Below, in pieces: positions 8,685-18,421 of a stretch of 64,000 bases of DNA. Position numbers and translations under genes: made by a program. The first letter of the stretch is position 1. Each line of letters begins with the position of its first letter. Origin of the DNA: an uncultured Actinomycetes bacterium (GTDB taxonomy: Bacteria; Actinomycetota; UBA4738; HRBIN12); NCBI GenBank assembly GCA_963704725.1, contig OY969934.1:2624001-2688000 (forward strand), in the 5' to 3' direction. The notes beneath the pieces are model-generated. The model did no database searches and had not been told where the DNA came from. It was given only the letters and a program-made list of their open reading frames with translations.

Positions 8685-11210
8685 TCAGTCGCGCGCGGCA
8701 GCGAACACGGCGCCGTCTGCGCCGATCACGGAGTCCTGTGAACTGTTGCGGTGCAATTCATACGTGGTGGTGCGTTGCACGGGGACCCTGCCGATCGAGC
8801 GGATCGCCTCGTCGAACTCGCGCGCCTCCATGCTGATCCCCCACTCCGCGCCCGCCATCCGGCTGATCGTCTCCTCCATGAGCGTTCCGCCGAAATCGTT
8901 GGCTCCGCCCTGCAGGATGACCTTCGAAGCCTCGACGCCGAGCTTGACCCACGACACCTGAACGTTGTGGATAACTCCGTCGAGCAGCACGCGGGCCACC
9001 GCGTGCATCCGGCGGCTCTCGGCGAACGTCGCCCCCGGCCGGGCCCTGCCGGCGAGGTAGATCGGCGCGTTCTGATGGACGAACGGCAGCGGCACGAACT
9101 CCGTGAACCCCCCCGTGTCCCCTTGGATGCGCGCGATGCGCCGGATGTGGAAAACCCAGTGAGGCGGCGCGTCCACGTGCCCGTACATGATCGTCGACGA
9201 GCTGCGGATGCCCAGGCCGTGGGCGGTGCGGACGATCTCCTCCCACGTGTCCGCGGGCAGCTTGCCCTTCGTCAGGAGCCACCGGACGTCGTCATCCAGG
9301 ATCTCGGCGGCGGTCCCCGGGATCGTTCCCAGCCCGTGACGACGGCACTCCTGGAGGAACTCCGCGAACGAGACGCCGAGCTTGGTCGATCCGTTCAGGA
9401 TCTCCATGGGGCTGAACGCGTGGATGTGGATATCCGGCGCGGCGCCTTTGACCGCGTCCAGGAGGTCGAAGTAGAAGGTCCCGGGCAGGTCCGGGTGGAT
9501 CCCGCCCTGCATGCAGACCTCCGTCGCGCCGACCGCCACGGCCTCCCGCGTCCGCTCCGCGACCTCGTCGAGCGTGAGCGTGTAGCTCTCCGCGTCGACC
9601 TCGCGCTGGGCGAACGCGCAGAAGCGACACCCGACGTAGCAGACGTTCGTGAAGTTGATGTTCCGGTTCACGACGTAGGTGACGGCATCGCCGACGGCCT
9701 CGCGGCGCAGGTCGTCCGCGACCCGGCACAGGTGTTCGAGCGCCGCTCCCTCCGCGCGGAACAGCGCCAGGGCCTCGTCGTCCGAGATCGCCTCGTGGCG
9801 TTCGGCCTTGCGCAGCGCCGTCCGGATCTCGTCGTCGATGCGCTCCGGCGCGACGCGGGCGCTCGACCAGTCGCGGGTTACGTCCACGCCGGCCAGGTCG
9901 CCGTAGACGACCTCCGCGTCCGCACGCAGGCCCGCCGTCGCGCCCTTGGCGAACGTGAGCTCGGTCGACCGCGGCTTCCACTGGACGTCGGGGTCCTGCC
10001 ACGGCACCGGCTCCGCCACCCTCCCCGCGACGGCGAGCCCGTCCTCGCCCATGAGCGCGGCCACCGGCGCTCGCATCTTGCCGGCGAGGAACGGATCCGG
10101 GCGGCGGGCGAAGCCGGGGTGGATCGTCAGCCGCTCCCGGAGCTCGAGGCCGCGCTGGGCCGTGCGTGAGCCGAGCGCCTCGATCGCCGGCCACGGCCGC
10201 TCCGGGTTCACGTGGTCCGGGGTGAGGGGCGAGACCCCGCCCCAGTCGTCGATCCCCGCGTCTAGGAGCCGGAGCTGTCCGGGCGGGTCGGACAGGTTCG
10301 GCGGGGCCTGGACGGTCATCCTCGGCCCGAGCACGATGCGCGCCGTCGCGACGGCCGCCAGGTACAACTCCTCCTCCGGCGGCGGCGTCCGGTGCATCGC
10401 CGTGCCGGCCTTCGGGAGGAAGTTCTGGACGATGACCTCCTGCACGTGCCCGTACCGGCGGTGGACGTCTCGGATCGCGAACAGCGACTCCGCGCGCTCG
10501 CGAGCCGTCTCGCCGATGCCGACGAGGATCCCGGTCGTGAACGGGATGGCCAGCCGCCCCGCGTCCTCGATCGTGCGCAGCCGGACGGCCGGCACCTTGT
10601 CCGGGGAGCCGAAGTGCGGCCCGCCGCGCCGCGAGAGACGATCGGACGACGTCTCGAGCATGAGGCCCATCGACGCGCTCACGTGCTTGAGGCGGGCCAG
10701 GTCCTCGTACGACATGACCCCCGGGTTCAGGTGCGGCAGGAGGCCCGTCTCCTCGATCACGCGGATGGCGACGGCGCGCACGTAATCCAGGGTCGAGGCG
10801 TGGCCACGGGAAGACAGCCACTCCCGCGCCACCTCGTACCGGTCCTCGGGCCGGTCGCCCAGGGTGAACAGTGCCTCCTTGCATCCCATCCGGCGACCGC
10901 CCTCGGCGATCGCGACGGCCTCCTCCGGCGACAGGAACGGGGCGTCGAGCCGGGCGGGGGGCTTCGCGAACGTGCAGTAGTGGCAGTGGTCTCGGCACAG
11001 CATCGTCAGGGGGACGAAGACCTTGCGGGAGTAGGTGACGGTGGTCCCGTGTCCGAGATCGCGGAGCCGCGCGGCCACCGCCATGAGCTCGTCGAGCTGC
11101 TCCCCCCGAGCCTGCAGGAGCGCCCCGGCTTCGTCGACGGACAGCGGCTTCCCGGCCTCCGCGCGAGCGATCGCGCGATGCACGGCGCGAGGGTTCGCGG
11201 GCGCGGCCAT
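8685..11210 (-). CDS. fbiC: bifunctional FO synthase (CofG-CofH fusion)
   Basis: Two radical SAM motifs CRDHCHYC and CYVGCRFC; GGTLMEETISRMAG. Confidence 0.96.
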   Translation of the reverse strand: MAAPANPRAVHRAIARAEAGKPLSVDEAGALLQARGEQLDELMAVAARLRDLGHGTTVTYSRKVFVPLTMLCRDHCHYCTFAKPPARLDAPFLSPEEAVAIAEGGRRMGCKEALFTLGDRPEDRYEVAREWLSSRGHASTLDYVRAVAIRVIEETGLLPHLNPGVMSYEDLARLKHVSASMGLMLETSSDRLSRRGGPHFGSPDKVPAVRLRTIEDAGRLAIPFTTGILVGIGETARERAESLFAIRDVHRRYGHVQEVIVQNFLPKAGTAMHRTPPPEEELYLAAVATARIVLGPRMTVQAPPNLSDPPGQLRLLDAGIDDWGGVSPLTPDHVNPERPWPAIEALGSRTAQRGLELRERLTIHPGFARRPDPFLAGKMRAPVAALMGEDGLAVAGRVAEPVPWQDPDVQWKPRSTELTFAKGATAGLRADAEVVYGDLAGVDVTRDWSSARVAPERIDDEIRTALRKAERHEAISDDEALALFRAEGAALEHLCRVADDLRREAVGDAVTYVVNRNINFTNVCYVGCRFCAFAQREVDAESYTLTLDEVAERTREAVAVGATEVCMQGGIHPDLPGTFYFDLLDAVKGAAPDIHIHAFSPMEILNGSTKLGVSFAEFLQECRRHGLGTIPGTAAEILDDDVRWLLTKGKLPADTWEEIVRTAHGLGIRSSSTIMYGHVDAPPHWVFHIRRIARIQGDTGGFTEFVPLPFVHQNAPIYLAGRARPGATFAESRRMHAVARVLLDGVIHNVQVSWVKLGVEASKVILQGGANDFGGTLMEETISRMAGAEWGISMEAREFDEAIRSIGRVPVQRTTTYELHRNSSQDSVIGADGAVFAAARD

Positions 11211-11281
11211 CGGCTCGCGAGCGTATCACCGTACTGTCGTCGCCTTGCGCCCACCCCCGGGTGGACCGCACACTCCGGGCG

Positions 11282-12619
11282 ATGACCCCTCCGGAGACCC
11301 GGTACGCGAAGAGCGGCGACGTGCACGTCGCCTACCAGGTCTTCGGGCAGGGCCGGCTCGACCTCGTCTTCGTCGCCGAGTTCTGGAACTCGATCGAAGC
11401 CATGTGGGAGCAGGCGGACTATCGCCGCTGCCTCGAACGCCTCAGCTCGTTCGCCCGGGTGATCTGTCTCGACCAGCGAGGGACCGGGTCCTCGGACCCC
11501 GTCTCGCTGTCGGAGCTCCCCACGCTCGAGGTGTGGGCGGACGACGTGATCGCCGTGATGGAAGCCGTGGGGTCCGAACGGGCGGCGCTGCTCGGATCGG
11601 GAGGGGGCGGCGGCGTGAGCATGCTCTTCGCGGCGACCTTCCCCGAGCGCGTGCGGGCGCTCGTCCTGGTGAACTCGACGGCCCGGTACACGCGCGCGCC
11701 CGATTACCCCGTCGGGACCTCGCCCGAGTTCGAGGCGCGCATCGAGAAGGAGCTCGAGTTCGGATGGGGCCGGGGCGTGCTGCTCGAGACGGTCGGCCCG
11801 AGCGTGGCGCACGACGCCGGGTTCCGGACGTGGTGGGGCCGGTACCAGCGCCTGGGGTCGACCCCCGGCGTCGTCCGGGCCACCCGCCACATGCTGCAGC
11901 AGCTCGACGTCCGCGACGTCCTGCCCTCGATCCGCGTCCCGACCCTGATCGTGCACCGCTCGGACAACCGGCTCGTCGACGTCCGGCACGGCCGGTACCT
12001 GGCGGAGCGCATCCCCGGAGCGCGCTACGTCGAGCTGCCGGGCGACGACTACCTGTGGTTCGTCGGCGATGCCGACGCGATCTTGGACGAGGTCGAGGAG
12101 TTCCTGACGGGCTCGCGCCGAAGCCCGGGGTCGGACCGGGTCCTCGCGACCGTGCTGTTCACCGATGTCGTGGGGTCCACGGAGCGCGCGGCCTCGCTCG
12201 GGGACGCGGCGTGGCGGGACCTCCGCGCCGCGCACGACGACATCGTGCGGGCCGAGCTCGCACGCCACCGCGGCCGGGAGATCGACACCGCCGGCGACGG
12301 CTTCCTCGCCACGTTCGACGGGCCCGCCCGCGCCGTCCGATGCGCGTGCGCGATCCGCGACGGCGTCCGGGCGATCGGCCTGGAGATCCGGGTCGGGCTC
12401 CACACGGGCGAGGTCGAGATCGTCGGCGATCGGATCGCCGGCATCGCCGTCCACATCGGCGCCCGGGTCGCGGCCGGCGCCGAGCCCGGCCAGGTGCTGG
12501 CGTCGAGTACCGTCAGGGATCTGGTGGCGGGATCGGGCATCGAGTTCGAGGACCAGGGCTCGCACGAGCTGAAGGGCGTTCCCGGGGAGTGGCGACTGTT
12601 CGCGGTGACGAGGCCGTGA
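11282..12619 (+). CDS. alpha/beta-hydrolase-fold + class III nucleotidyl cyclase (LipJ-like)
   Basis: TRYAKSGDVHVAYQ, DQRGTGSSD; VLFTDVVGST, GDGF, GLHTGE. Confidence 0.9.
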   Translation: MTPPETRYAKSGDVHVAYQVFGQGRLDLVFVAEFWNSIEAMWEQADYRRCLERLSSFARVICLDQRGTGSSDPVSLSELPTLEVWADDVIAVMEAVGSERAALLGSGGGGGVSMLFAATFPERVRALVLVNSTARYTRAPDYPVGTSPEFEARIEKELEFGWGRGVLLETVGPSVAHDAGFRTWWGRYQRLGSTPGVVRATRHMLQQLDVRDVLPSIRVPTLIVHRSDNRLVDVRHGRYLAERIPGARYVELPGDDYLWFVGDADAILDEVEEFLTGSRRSPGSDRVLATVLFTDVVGSTERAASLGDAAWRDLRAAHDDIVRAELARHRGREIDTAGDGFLATFDGPARAVRCACAIRDGVRAIGLEIRVGLHTGEVEIVGDRIAGIAVHIGARVAAGAEPGQVLASSTVRDLVAGSGIEFEDQGSHELKGVPGEWRLFAVTRP

Positions 12620-13557
12620 GGGTCCTCTCGCTCGCCGGCGGGATCGGCGCGGGCAAGTTCCTCCGCGGCCTCGTCCGCGTGGTCCCGCCGGCGGACGTCA
12701 CCGTGGTCGTGAACACGGGCGACGACGTCGTGATGCACGGTCTGCACGTCTCTCCCGACCTCGACTCCGTCACCTACTGGCTCGGTGACGCGTTCGACCG
12801 GGAGCGGGGATGGGGACGGCGGGGGGAGACGTTCCGGGCCACCGAGGAGCTCCGAGCGTTCGATCCCGAGCTCGCGTGGTTCAACCTCGGGGACCTCGAC
12901 CTGGCGACGCACCTCTACCGGACCAACCGCCTCGGCTCGGGGGCGACGCTCACCGACGTCACCGCGGGGATCGCCGAGCGGTTCGGCGTGGGCGCGCGGC
13001 TGCTGCCGATGTCGGATGAGGCGGTGACCACTCGCGTCACGGTGGTGAAAGACGGGGAGGAGACCGACCTCCACTTCCAGGAGTACTGGGTGCGCCGCGG
13101 CGCACGGGACGAGGTGAAGTCCGTGCGCTACGAGGGCGCACCTCGGGCCCGGCCGGCCCCCGGCGTGCTCGAGGCGATCGCGGACGCCGACGCCATCGTG
13201 CTCTGCCCCTCCAACCCCGTCGCATCGCTCGGTCCGATCCTGTCCGTTCCCGGGATCCGGGAGGCCCTGGCCCGAAGGAGCGATCGCGCCGTCGGGATCA
13301 GCGGGATCGTCGGCGGCGCTCCGCTCGCCGGGATGGCGGACAAGCTGATGCCGGTGGCGGGCGTCGAGGTGACCGCGGCCGGCGCGGCCGAGTGCTACGA
13401 CGGCCTGCTCGCGGCGTGGGTGATCGACGAGGCCGATCGAGGGCTCGCGCCGAGGATCGAGGCGGCCGGCGTCCGCGTCGGCGTGACCGACACGATCATG
13501 ACCGACGACGCGAAGGCGGAGGCGCTGGCGCGGCTCGCGCTGCAGCTCCTGTCGTGA
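12616..13557 (+). CDS. fbiA: 2-phospho-L-lactate transferase
   Basis: LAGGIGAGKF, NTGDD, SPDLD, HFQEYWV, PSNP motifs. Confidence 0.95.
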   Translation: MRVLSLAGGIGAGKFLRGLVRVVPPADVTVVVNTGDDVVMHGLHVSPDLDSVTYWLGDAFDRERGWGRRGETFRATEELRAFDPELAWFNLGDLDLATHLYRTNRLGSGATLTDVTAGIAERFGVGARLLPMSDEAVTTRVTVVKDGEETDLHFQEYWVRRGARDEVKSVRYEGAPRARPAPGVLEAIADADAIVLCPSNPVASLGPILSVPGIREALARRSDRAVGISGIVGGAPLAGMADKLMPVAGVEVTAAGAAECYDGLLAAWVIDEADRGLAPRIEAAGVRVGVTDTIMTDDAKAEALARLALQLLS

Positions 13558-14843
13558 CGATCCGCGTCCTGCCCGTCGAGGGTCTTCCGGAGGTTCGGCC
13601 CGGGGACGACCTCGCGGCGATGCTCTCGCCGGCGCTCTCGGCGCTCGGCGTGCGCGAGCGGGACGTCGTCGTGGTCACGCAGAAGGTCGTTTCGAAGGCG
13701 GAGGGTCGCATCGTGCCCGAGGAGGGCGAGGGCCGGGCCGCGTGGGTCGAGCGCGAGACGCGACGCGTGGTGGCCCGTCGGGACGACCTCGTGATCGCGG
13801 AGACCGAGCACGGCTTCGTCTGCGCGAACGCCGGCGTCGACGCCTCGAACGTCGAGGCCGGCTTCCTCACGCTCCTGCCCGCCGACCCGGACGGCTCGGC
13901 CGACCGGCTCCGCTCCGCCCTGCGGGACCGGCTCGGGGTGGACGTCGGCGTCGTGGTGACCGACACGTTCGGCCGGGCGTGGCGCCGGGGCCTCGTCAAC
14001 GTCGCGATCGGCTGCGCCGGCCTGCCCGCGCTCGTCGACCTGCGCGGGACGAAGGACCACGAGGGCCGCGAGCTCGAGGTGACGGTCGTGGCGCTCGCCG
14101 ACGAGGTGGCCGCGGCGAGCGGCCTGGTGATGGGCAAGGCCGCCCGCGTGCCGGTCGCGGTGGTGCGTGGGCTCGACGTCGCGGCGCCGCCGGTGCCGGC
14201 ACGGGAGCTGGTGCGGCCGCCGGAGGAAGACCTCTTCCGCGAGTCGCCGCTGCTGTCGATCTCGGCGCGGCGCACGATCCGATCCTTCGGCGAGGGCGGC
14301 GTCCCTCGTGCGGCCGTCGAGGAGGCGGTGCGAGCCGCCGGCACCGCACCCTCGCCCCACGGCTCCACGCCGTGGTCGTTCACGGCGGTCGTGTCATCGG
14401 CGGCGAAGCGCCGGCTCGTCGCCGCGGTGGCCGAGGCGTGGCGGGCGGACCTCGAACGCGACGAGATCCCTCCGGGCGAGATCGAGCACCGCGTGGGCAG
14501 GAGCGAGGCCCTCCTCGGCGGGGCGCCGGTGCTCGTGGTCCCGTGGGTCCGGTTCGAGGCGATGCACCGCTACCCGGACGCCGAGCGGTCGCATGCCGAG
14601 CAGGAGCTGTTCCTGCTGTCATCGGGCGCCGCGATCCAGAACCTGTTGCTGGCGTTCCACGCGCAGGGCTACGGCTCTTGCTGGACGCCCACGACGTTGT
14701 TCTGCCAGGAGGAGGCGAGGGAGGCCCTCGGCATGCCGGCGGGGTGGTTCGCGCTCGGGACGGTGGCGGTCGGCCCGATGCCGAAGGGCGTCCCGCCCCC
14801 GCGACCGCCGCTCGACCTCGGGACGTTGCTGTCGGAGCGGTGA
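13554..14843 (+). CDS. fbiB: F420-0:gamma-glutamyl ligase with C-terminal nitroreductase domain
   Basis: KVVSKAEG, ANAGVDASN, DTFGRAWR; RRTIRSF/APSPH nitroreductase domain. Confidence 0.94.
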   Translation: MTIRVLPVEGLPEVRPGDDLAAMLSPALSALGVRERDVVVVTQKVVSKAEGRIVPEEGEGRAAWVERETRRVVARRDDLVIAETEHGFVCANAGVDASNVEAGFLTLLPADPDGSADRLRSALRDRLGVDVGVVVTDTFGRAWRRGLVNVAIGCAGLPALVDLRGTKDHEGRELEVTVVALADEVAAASGLVMGKAARVPVAVVRGLDVAAPPVPARELVRPPEEDLFRESPLLSISARRTIRSFGEGGVPRAAVEEAVRAAGTAPSPHGSTPWSFTAVVSSAAKRRLVAAVAEAWRADLERDEIPPGEIEHRVGRSEALLGGAPVLVVPWVRFEAMHRYPDAERSHAEQELFLLSSGAAIQNLLLAFHAQGYGSCWTPTTLFCQEEAREALGMPAGWFALGTVAVGPMPKGVPPPRPPLDLGTLLSER

Positions 14844-14847
14844 CCCC

Positions 14848-15789
14848 TCACTCGCGATGGAACGACGTCGCGAGCGCAGACGGCGGATCCGCCGTGAGGA
14901 ACGGGCGAAGGGCGGGATGTCGGTCCGCCAGGTCCCGGAAGAGACGGAGGTACACGAGCACCAGCGCGAAGATCATCAGCGGGAACGGCAGCAGCGGAAG
15001 GATCTGCGACAGGCCCGGGAAGATGGGTTGCAGCTTCAAAGCGGCGATCTGGAGCCCGCCGAACAGGTAAGCCCCGAACGCCACACGGACCGGATGCCAG
15101 CCCCCGAAGATCACGATCGCGAGCGCGATCCAGCCGTAGTTCGACGTGAGCCCCTCGCGCCACCCCAGCTTGACGTCGAGCGAGAACGCCGCACCGGCCA
15201 TCCCGGCCATCGCGCCGCCGGCGATCGCGTAGAGGTACCGCAGCCTATTCACCGGGATGCCCCGCGCGAACGCGGCCTCGGGGCGCTCCCCCACGCCGCG
15301 CAGCTCGAGGCCGCGCCGGGTCTTGAAGATCAGCAGGTAGGCCCCGGCGATCGCGAGGTAGCTCCCGTACACGGACAGGTTGTGACGGAACAGCACCCGC
15401 CCCAGGAACGGGATGTCCGCGAGGAGCGGGATCCGCAGGGCGGGAACGGCCGGCCCCGGCTGACCGACGTAGGGGTCCCCGAGGAAGCTGCTGAGCTCGA
15501 TCGCGAGCAGCGTCAGCACGAACCCCACCGCGATCTGGTTGAGCCGGAGCTCGATGCTGGCGAAGGCCACGATCGCCGCGATGACCATCCCGACCGCCAT
15601 CGCCGCGAGGAAGCCGAGCACCACCTGGCCCGTGACGTAGGCGACGGCGAAGCCGGTCATCGCGGAGAGCATGATGCTGCCCTCGAGCGACAGGTTCACG
15701 ATGCCCGCCTTCTCGGCGATCGTCTCTCCGACCGCGACGTACACGAGCGGGCTGGCCGCCGCGACGATGGACGCGAGGGTCGAGCCCAC
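14848..15789 (-). CDS. nucleoside/sugar ABC permease
   Basis: EKAGIVNLSLEG, GWIALAIVIFGGW. Confidence 0.9.
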   Translation of the reverse strand: MGSTLASIVAAASPLVYVAVGETIAEKAGIVNLSLEGSIMLSAMTGFAVAYVTGQVVLGFLAAMAVGMVIAAIVAFASIELRLNQIAVGFVLTLLAIELSSFLGDPYVGQPGPAVPALRIPLLADIPFLGRVLFRHNLSVYGSYLAIAGAYLLIFKTRRGLELRGVGERPEAAFARGIPVNRLRYLYAIAGGAMAGMAGAAFSLDVKLGWREGLTSNYGWIALAIVIFGGWHPVRVAFGAYLFGGLQIAALKLQPIFPGLSQILPLLPFPLMIFALVLVYLRLFRDLADRHPALRPFLTADPPSALATSFHRE

Positions 15790-15791
15790 GG

Positions 15792-16868
15792 CTACCCGTC
15801 CTCCGTGAGCTCGGTGGCTGCGGCCGGTGCGGCGATCGCGGCGCCGGCCCGTCGCGCCCGGCGAACCTGCCATCCCCCGCCCAAGATCACGAACAGGACG
15901 AGGATCCCCTGCAGGACGCCGCCGAGGGACGAGTCGAGGTCCAGGCGGAGCGACAGCTGCGTGCTCCCGACCGCCACCGCGGCGAAGAACGCGGCGATCG
16001 GCGCGGTCCACGCGGCGCGGAATCCGGCCAGCAGGACCACCAGGATCCCCAGGAACCCGTACCCGCCCGATGCGGCGGGGACGAGCTTGTGCAAGACGCC
16101 GGCGACCTGGATCGCGCCGGCCAGCCCCGCGAGCGCCCCGCAGACGGCGAACGCACCGAGCGTGTGACGCTCGGTGCGGATCCCCATGAGGTGCGCGCTC
16201 CGCGTGCTCTTCCCCACGGCCTTCAGGCGCAGGCCGAACATCGTCGAACGCATCAGGAGGTAGACCAGCACCACGCTCGCGACCGTGAGCCCGATCGCGA
16301 TCGCGGGGATCTGGGCCTTCCCCACCGTGGGGAGCCACGCCTCGGGGCGGAACAGGTCCGTGCCGCTCGTCGAGGCGATCCCGGCCCGCTTCCACGGTCC
16401 GATGACCAGGTAGATCGCGAGCCCCGAGGCCACGAAATCCAGGCCGAGCCCCCCGAAGATCTCGTTCACGCCCCCCCGCGTCTTCAGAACGCCGGCGAGG
16501 AGCGCCCACAGCGTGCCGCCGACGACCCCCGCCACCAGGATCAGCGGGATCAGCACGGGCGCCGGACCGGGCGCCTCGCGTGCGATCCACGTGCCGGCGA
16601 CGGCGCCGGCGATGATCTGGCCCTCGACCCCGATGTTCCACAGGCCGGCCGCGTACGTGACGACGAGGCCCGCCGAGGCGAGCGCGAGCGGCACCCACGC
16701 CGCGAGGGTGTCCGAGATCTTGGCCGTGCTGCCGACTGAGCCGTCCGCGAGCAGCCGCAGCGCCTCGAACGGCGGCGCGCCCGCGAGCTGCAGGAGCACG
16801 ATCGCGACGACGAACGCCAGCGCGATGGGGACGGCCAGCCCGGCGGCGGTCCGCACCCGGGGACTCAC
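15792..16868 (-). CDS. nucleoside/sugar ABC permease
   Basis: WNIGVEGQ, GYGFLGILVVLLA. Confidence 0.9.
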   Translation of the reverse strand: MSPRVRTAAGLAVPIALAFVVAIVLLQLAGAPPFEALRLLADGSVGSTAKISDTLAAWVPLALASAGLVVTYAAGLWNIGVEGQIIAGAVAGTWIAREAPGPAPVLIPLILVAGVVGGTLWALLAGVLKTRGGVNEIFGGLGLDFVASGLAIYLVIGPWKRAGIASTSGTDLFRPEAWLPTVGKAQIPAIAIGLTVASVVLVYLLMRSTMFGLRLKAVGKSTRSAHLMGIRTERHTLGAFAVCGALAGLAGAIQVAGVLHKLVPAASGGYGFLGILVVLLAGFRAAWTAPIAAFFAAVAVGSTQLSLRLDLDSSLGGVLQGILVLFVILGGGWQVRRARRAGAAIAAPAAATELTEDG

Positions 16869-18334
16869 GCCACCTCCGCGCCGCCGATGAGATGGCCGAG
16901 CTCCTCGCCGGTGGTGGCGCGCCCGTCGAGGACCCTCAGCACCGCGCCGGAGAAGAAGACGAGGATCCGGTCGCTGTAGCGCAGCAGCTCGTCGAGGTCC
17001 GCGGACGCGAACACGATGGCGCTCCCCGCGTCGCGGCGCTCGAGCAACCGCGCCCACACCCAGCTCGCCGACTCGATGTCGAGCCCCCGGGTGGGGTGCT
17101 CCATGAGCAGGAGCCGAACCTCGGCCGGCATCATCGCCAGCAGGAGCCGCTGCTGGTTGCCCCCCGACAGCGCGTCGGCCGTCGAGTCCGGAGAGCCGAC
17201 GATGTGGTGATCTCCGATCCTGCCCTGCGCCGATCGGCGTGCTTCGTCCCAGTCGACGAAGAAGCCGCGATCGCCGCCGGTCAGGACGAAGTGCTCGGCG
17301 ATCGTGAGCCCCGCCACGAGGCCCTCCTCGAGTCGCCCGGCGGGCAGGAAGTGCACGCCCGCTTCGAGGAACTCCCGGTAGCCCCGCCCCGTGAGATCGC
17401 GGCCCCCCACCCGCACGCGGCCCGAGACCGGCTCGAGCAGCCCCGCGCACGCGCGAAGCAGCGTTCGTTGGCCGCTGCCCTCGAGCCCGGCCAGACCGAT
17501 CACCTCGCCCTCCCGCGCGACCAGGGACAGGTCGTGCGTGGTGATCGTGGTGCCCCTGAGCGTGGCGCCCTCGAGCTCGAGCACCGGCTCGCCGGGCGGC
17601 CGGTCGGCCGGCTGGGACTCCACGAGGACCCGCCCGAACATCAGCTCGACGAGACGATCCGTAGGGCACGGCAGCTCGGCCTCGCCGACCGAGCGCCCTC
17701 GGCGCATGACGGTCACGCGCTGGCAGAGCTCAGCGACCTCCTCGAGCTTGTGCGAGACGAAGATCACGATCATCTGCATCTCGAAGGCGAGCGTGCGCAG
17801 GATCTCGAACAGCTTGATCCGCTGGCTCGCCGAGATGCCGCTCGTGGGCTCGTCGAGCACGAGCACCTTGGCGCCCAGCCAGAGCAGGCGGACGATCTCG
17901 AGCTGCTGGCGCTCGCCCACGGTGAGGCTCCGCGCCGGCGCGTCGAAGTCGAACGCGAACCCGAACTGGTCGCACATCTCGCGCAGCGCTCGCGCCCCGG
18001 CGCGCCGGTCGATGCGCACGCCGCCGGGGCCGCCGAGCAGGAAGTTGTCGAGGACGCTGAACGGCAGGAACACGAGCGGGTCCTGGTGGAGCATGCCGAT
18101 GCCGGCGCGGATGCCCTCGCGGGGGGAGGCGAGCTCGAGGCGGACGCCGTCCAGCACGATGTCGCCGGAGTCCGCCCCGATGAATCCCGACAGGATCTTC
18201 ATCAGCGTGGACTTGCCGGCCCCGTTCTCCCCCAGCAGCCCGTGGAGCGTCCCGGCCTCGACGGTGAGGGAGACGCCGTCGTTGGCATGGACGGGCCCGA
18301 ACGACTTCCGGATCGACCGCAGCTCGAGGCTCAT
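16865..18334 (-). CDS. ABC ATP-binding protein (tandem NBD)
   Basis: GENGAGKST, LDEPT, LSGGNQQ. Confidence 0.93.
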   Translation of the reverse strand: MSLELRSIRKSFGPVHANDGVSLTVEAGTLHGLLGENGAGKSTLMKILSGFIGADSGDIVLDGVRLELASPREGIRAGIGMLHQDPLVFLPFSVLDNFLLGGPGGVRIDRRAGARALREMCDQFGFAFDFDAPARSLTVGERQQLEIVRLLWLGAKVLVLDEPTSGISASQRIKLFEILRTLAFEMQMIVIFVSHKLEEVAELCQRVTVMRRGRSVGEAELPCPTDRLVELMFGRVLVESQPADRPPGEPVLELEGATLRGTTITTHDLSLVAREGEVIGLAGLEGSGQRTLLRACAGLLEPVSGRVRVGGRDLTGRGYREFLEAGVHFLPAGRLEEGLVAGLTIAEHFVLTGGDRGFFVDWDEARRSAQGRIGDHHIVGSPDSTADALSGGNQQRLLLAMMPAEVRLLLMEHPTRGLDIESASWVWARLLERRDAGSAIVFASADLDELLRYSDRILVFFSGAVLRVLDGRATTGEELGHLIGGAEVA

Positions 18335-18421
18335 GCGCGCGGACAGCTCGCGAGCGAAGGCGTCGACGACCGAGGCGGGATGGGCACGAGGCCCGCCCCG
18401 CCCCCGCCGTTCGCCGACCGG

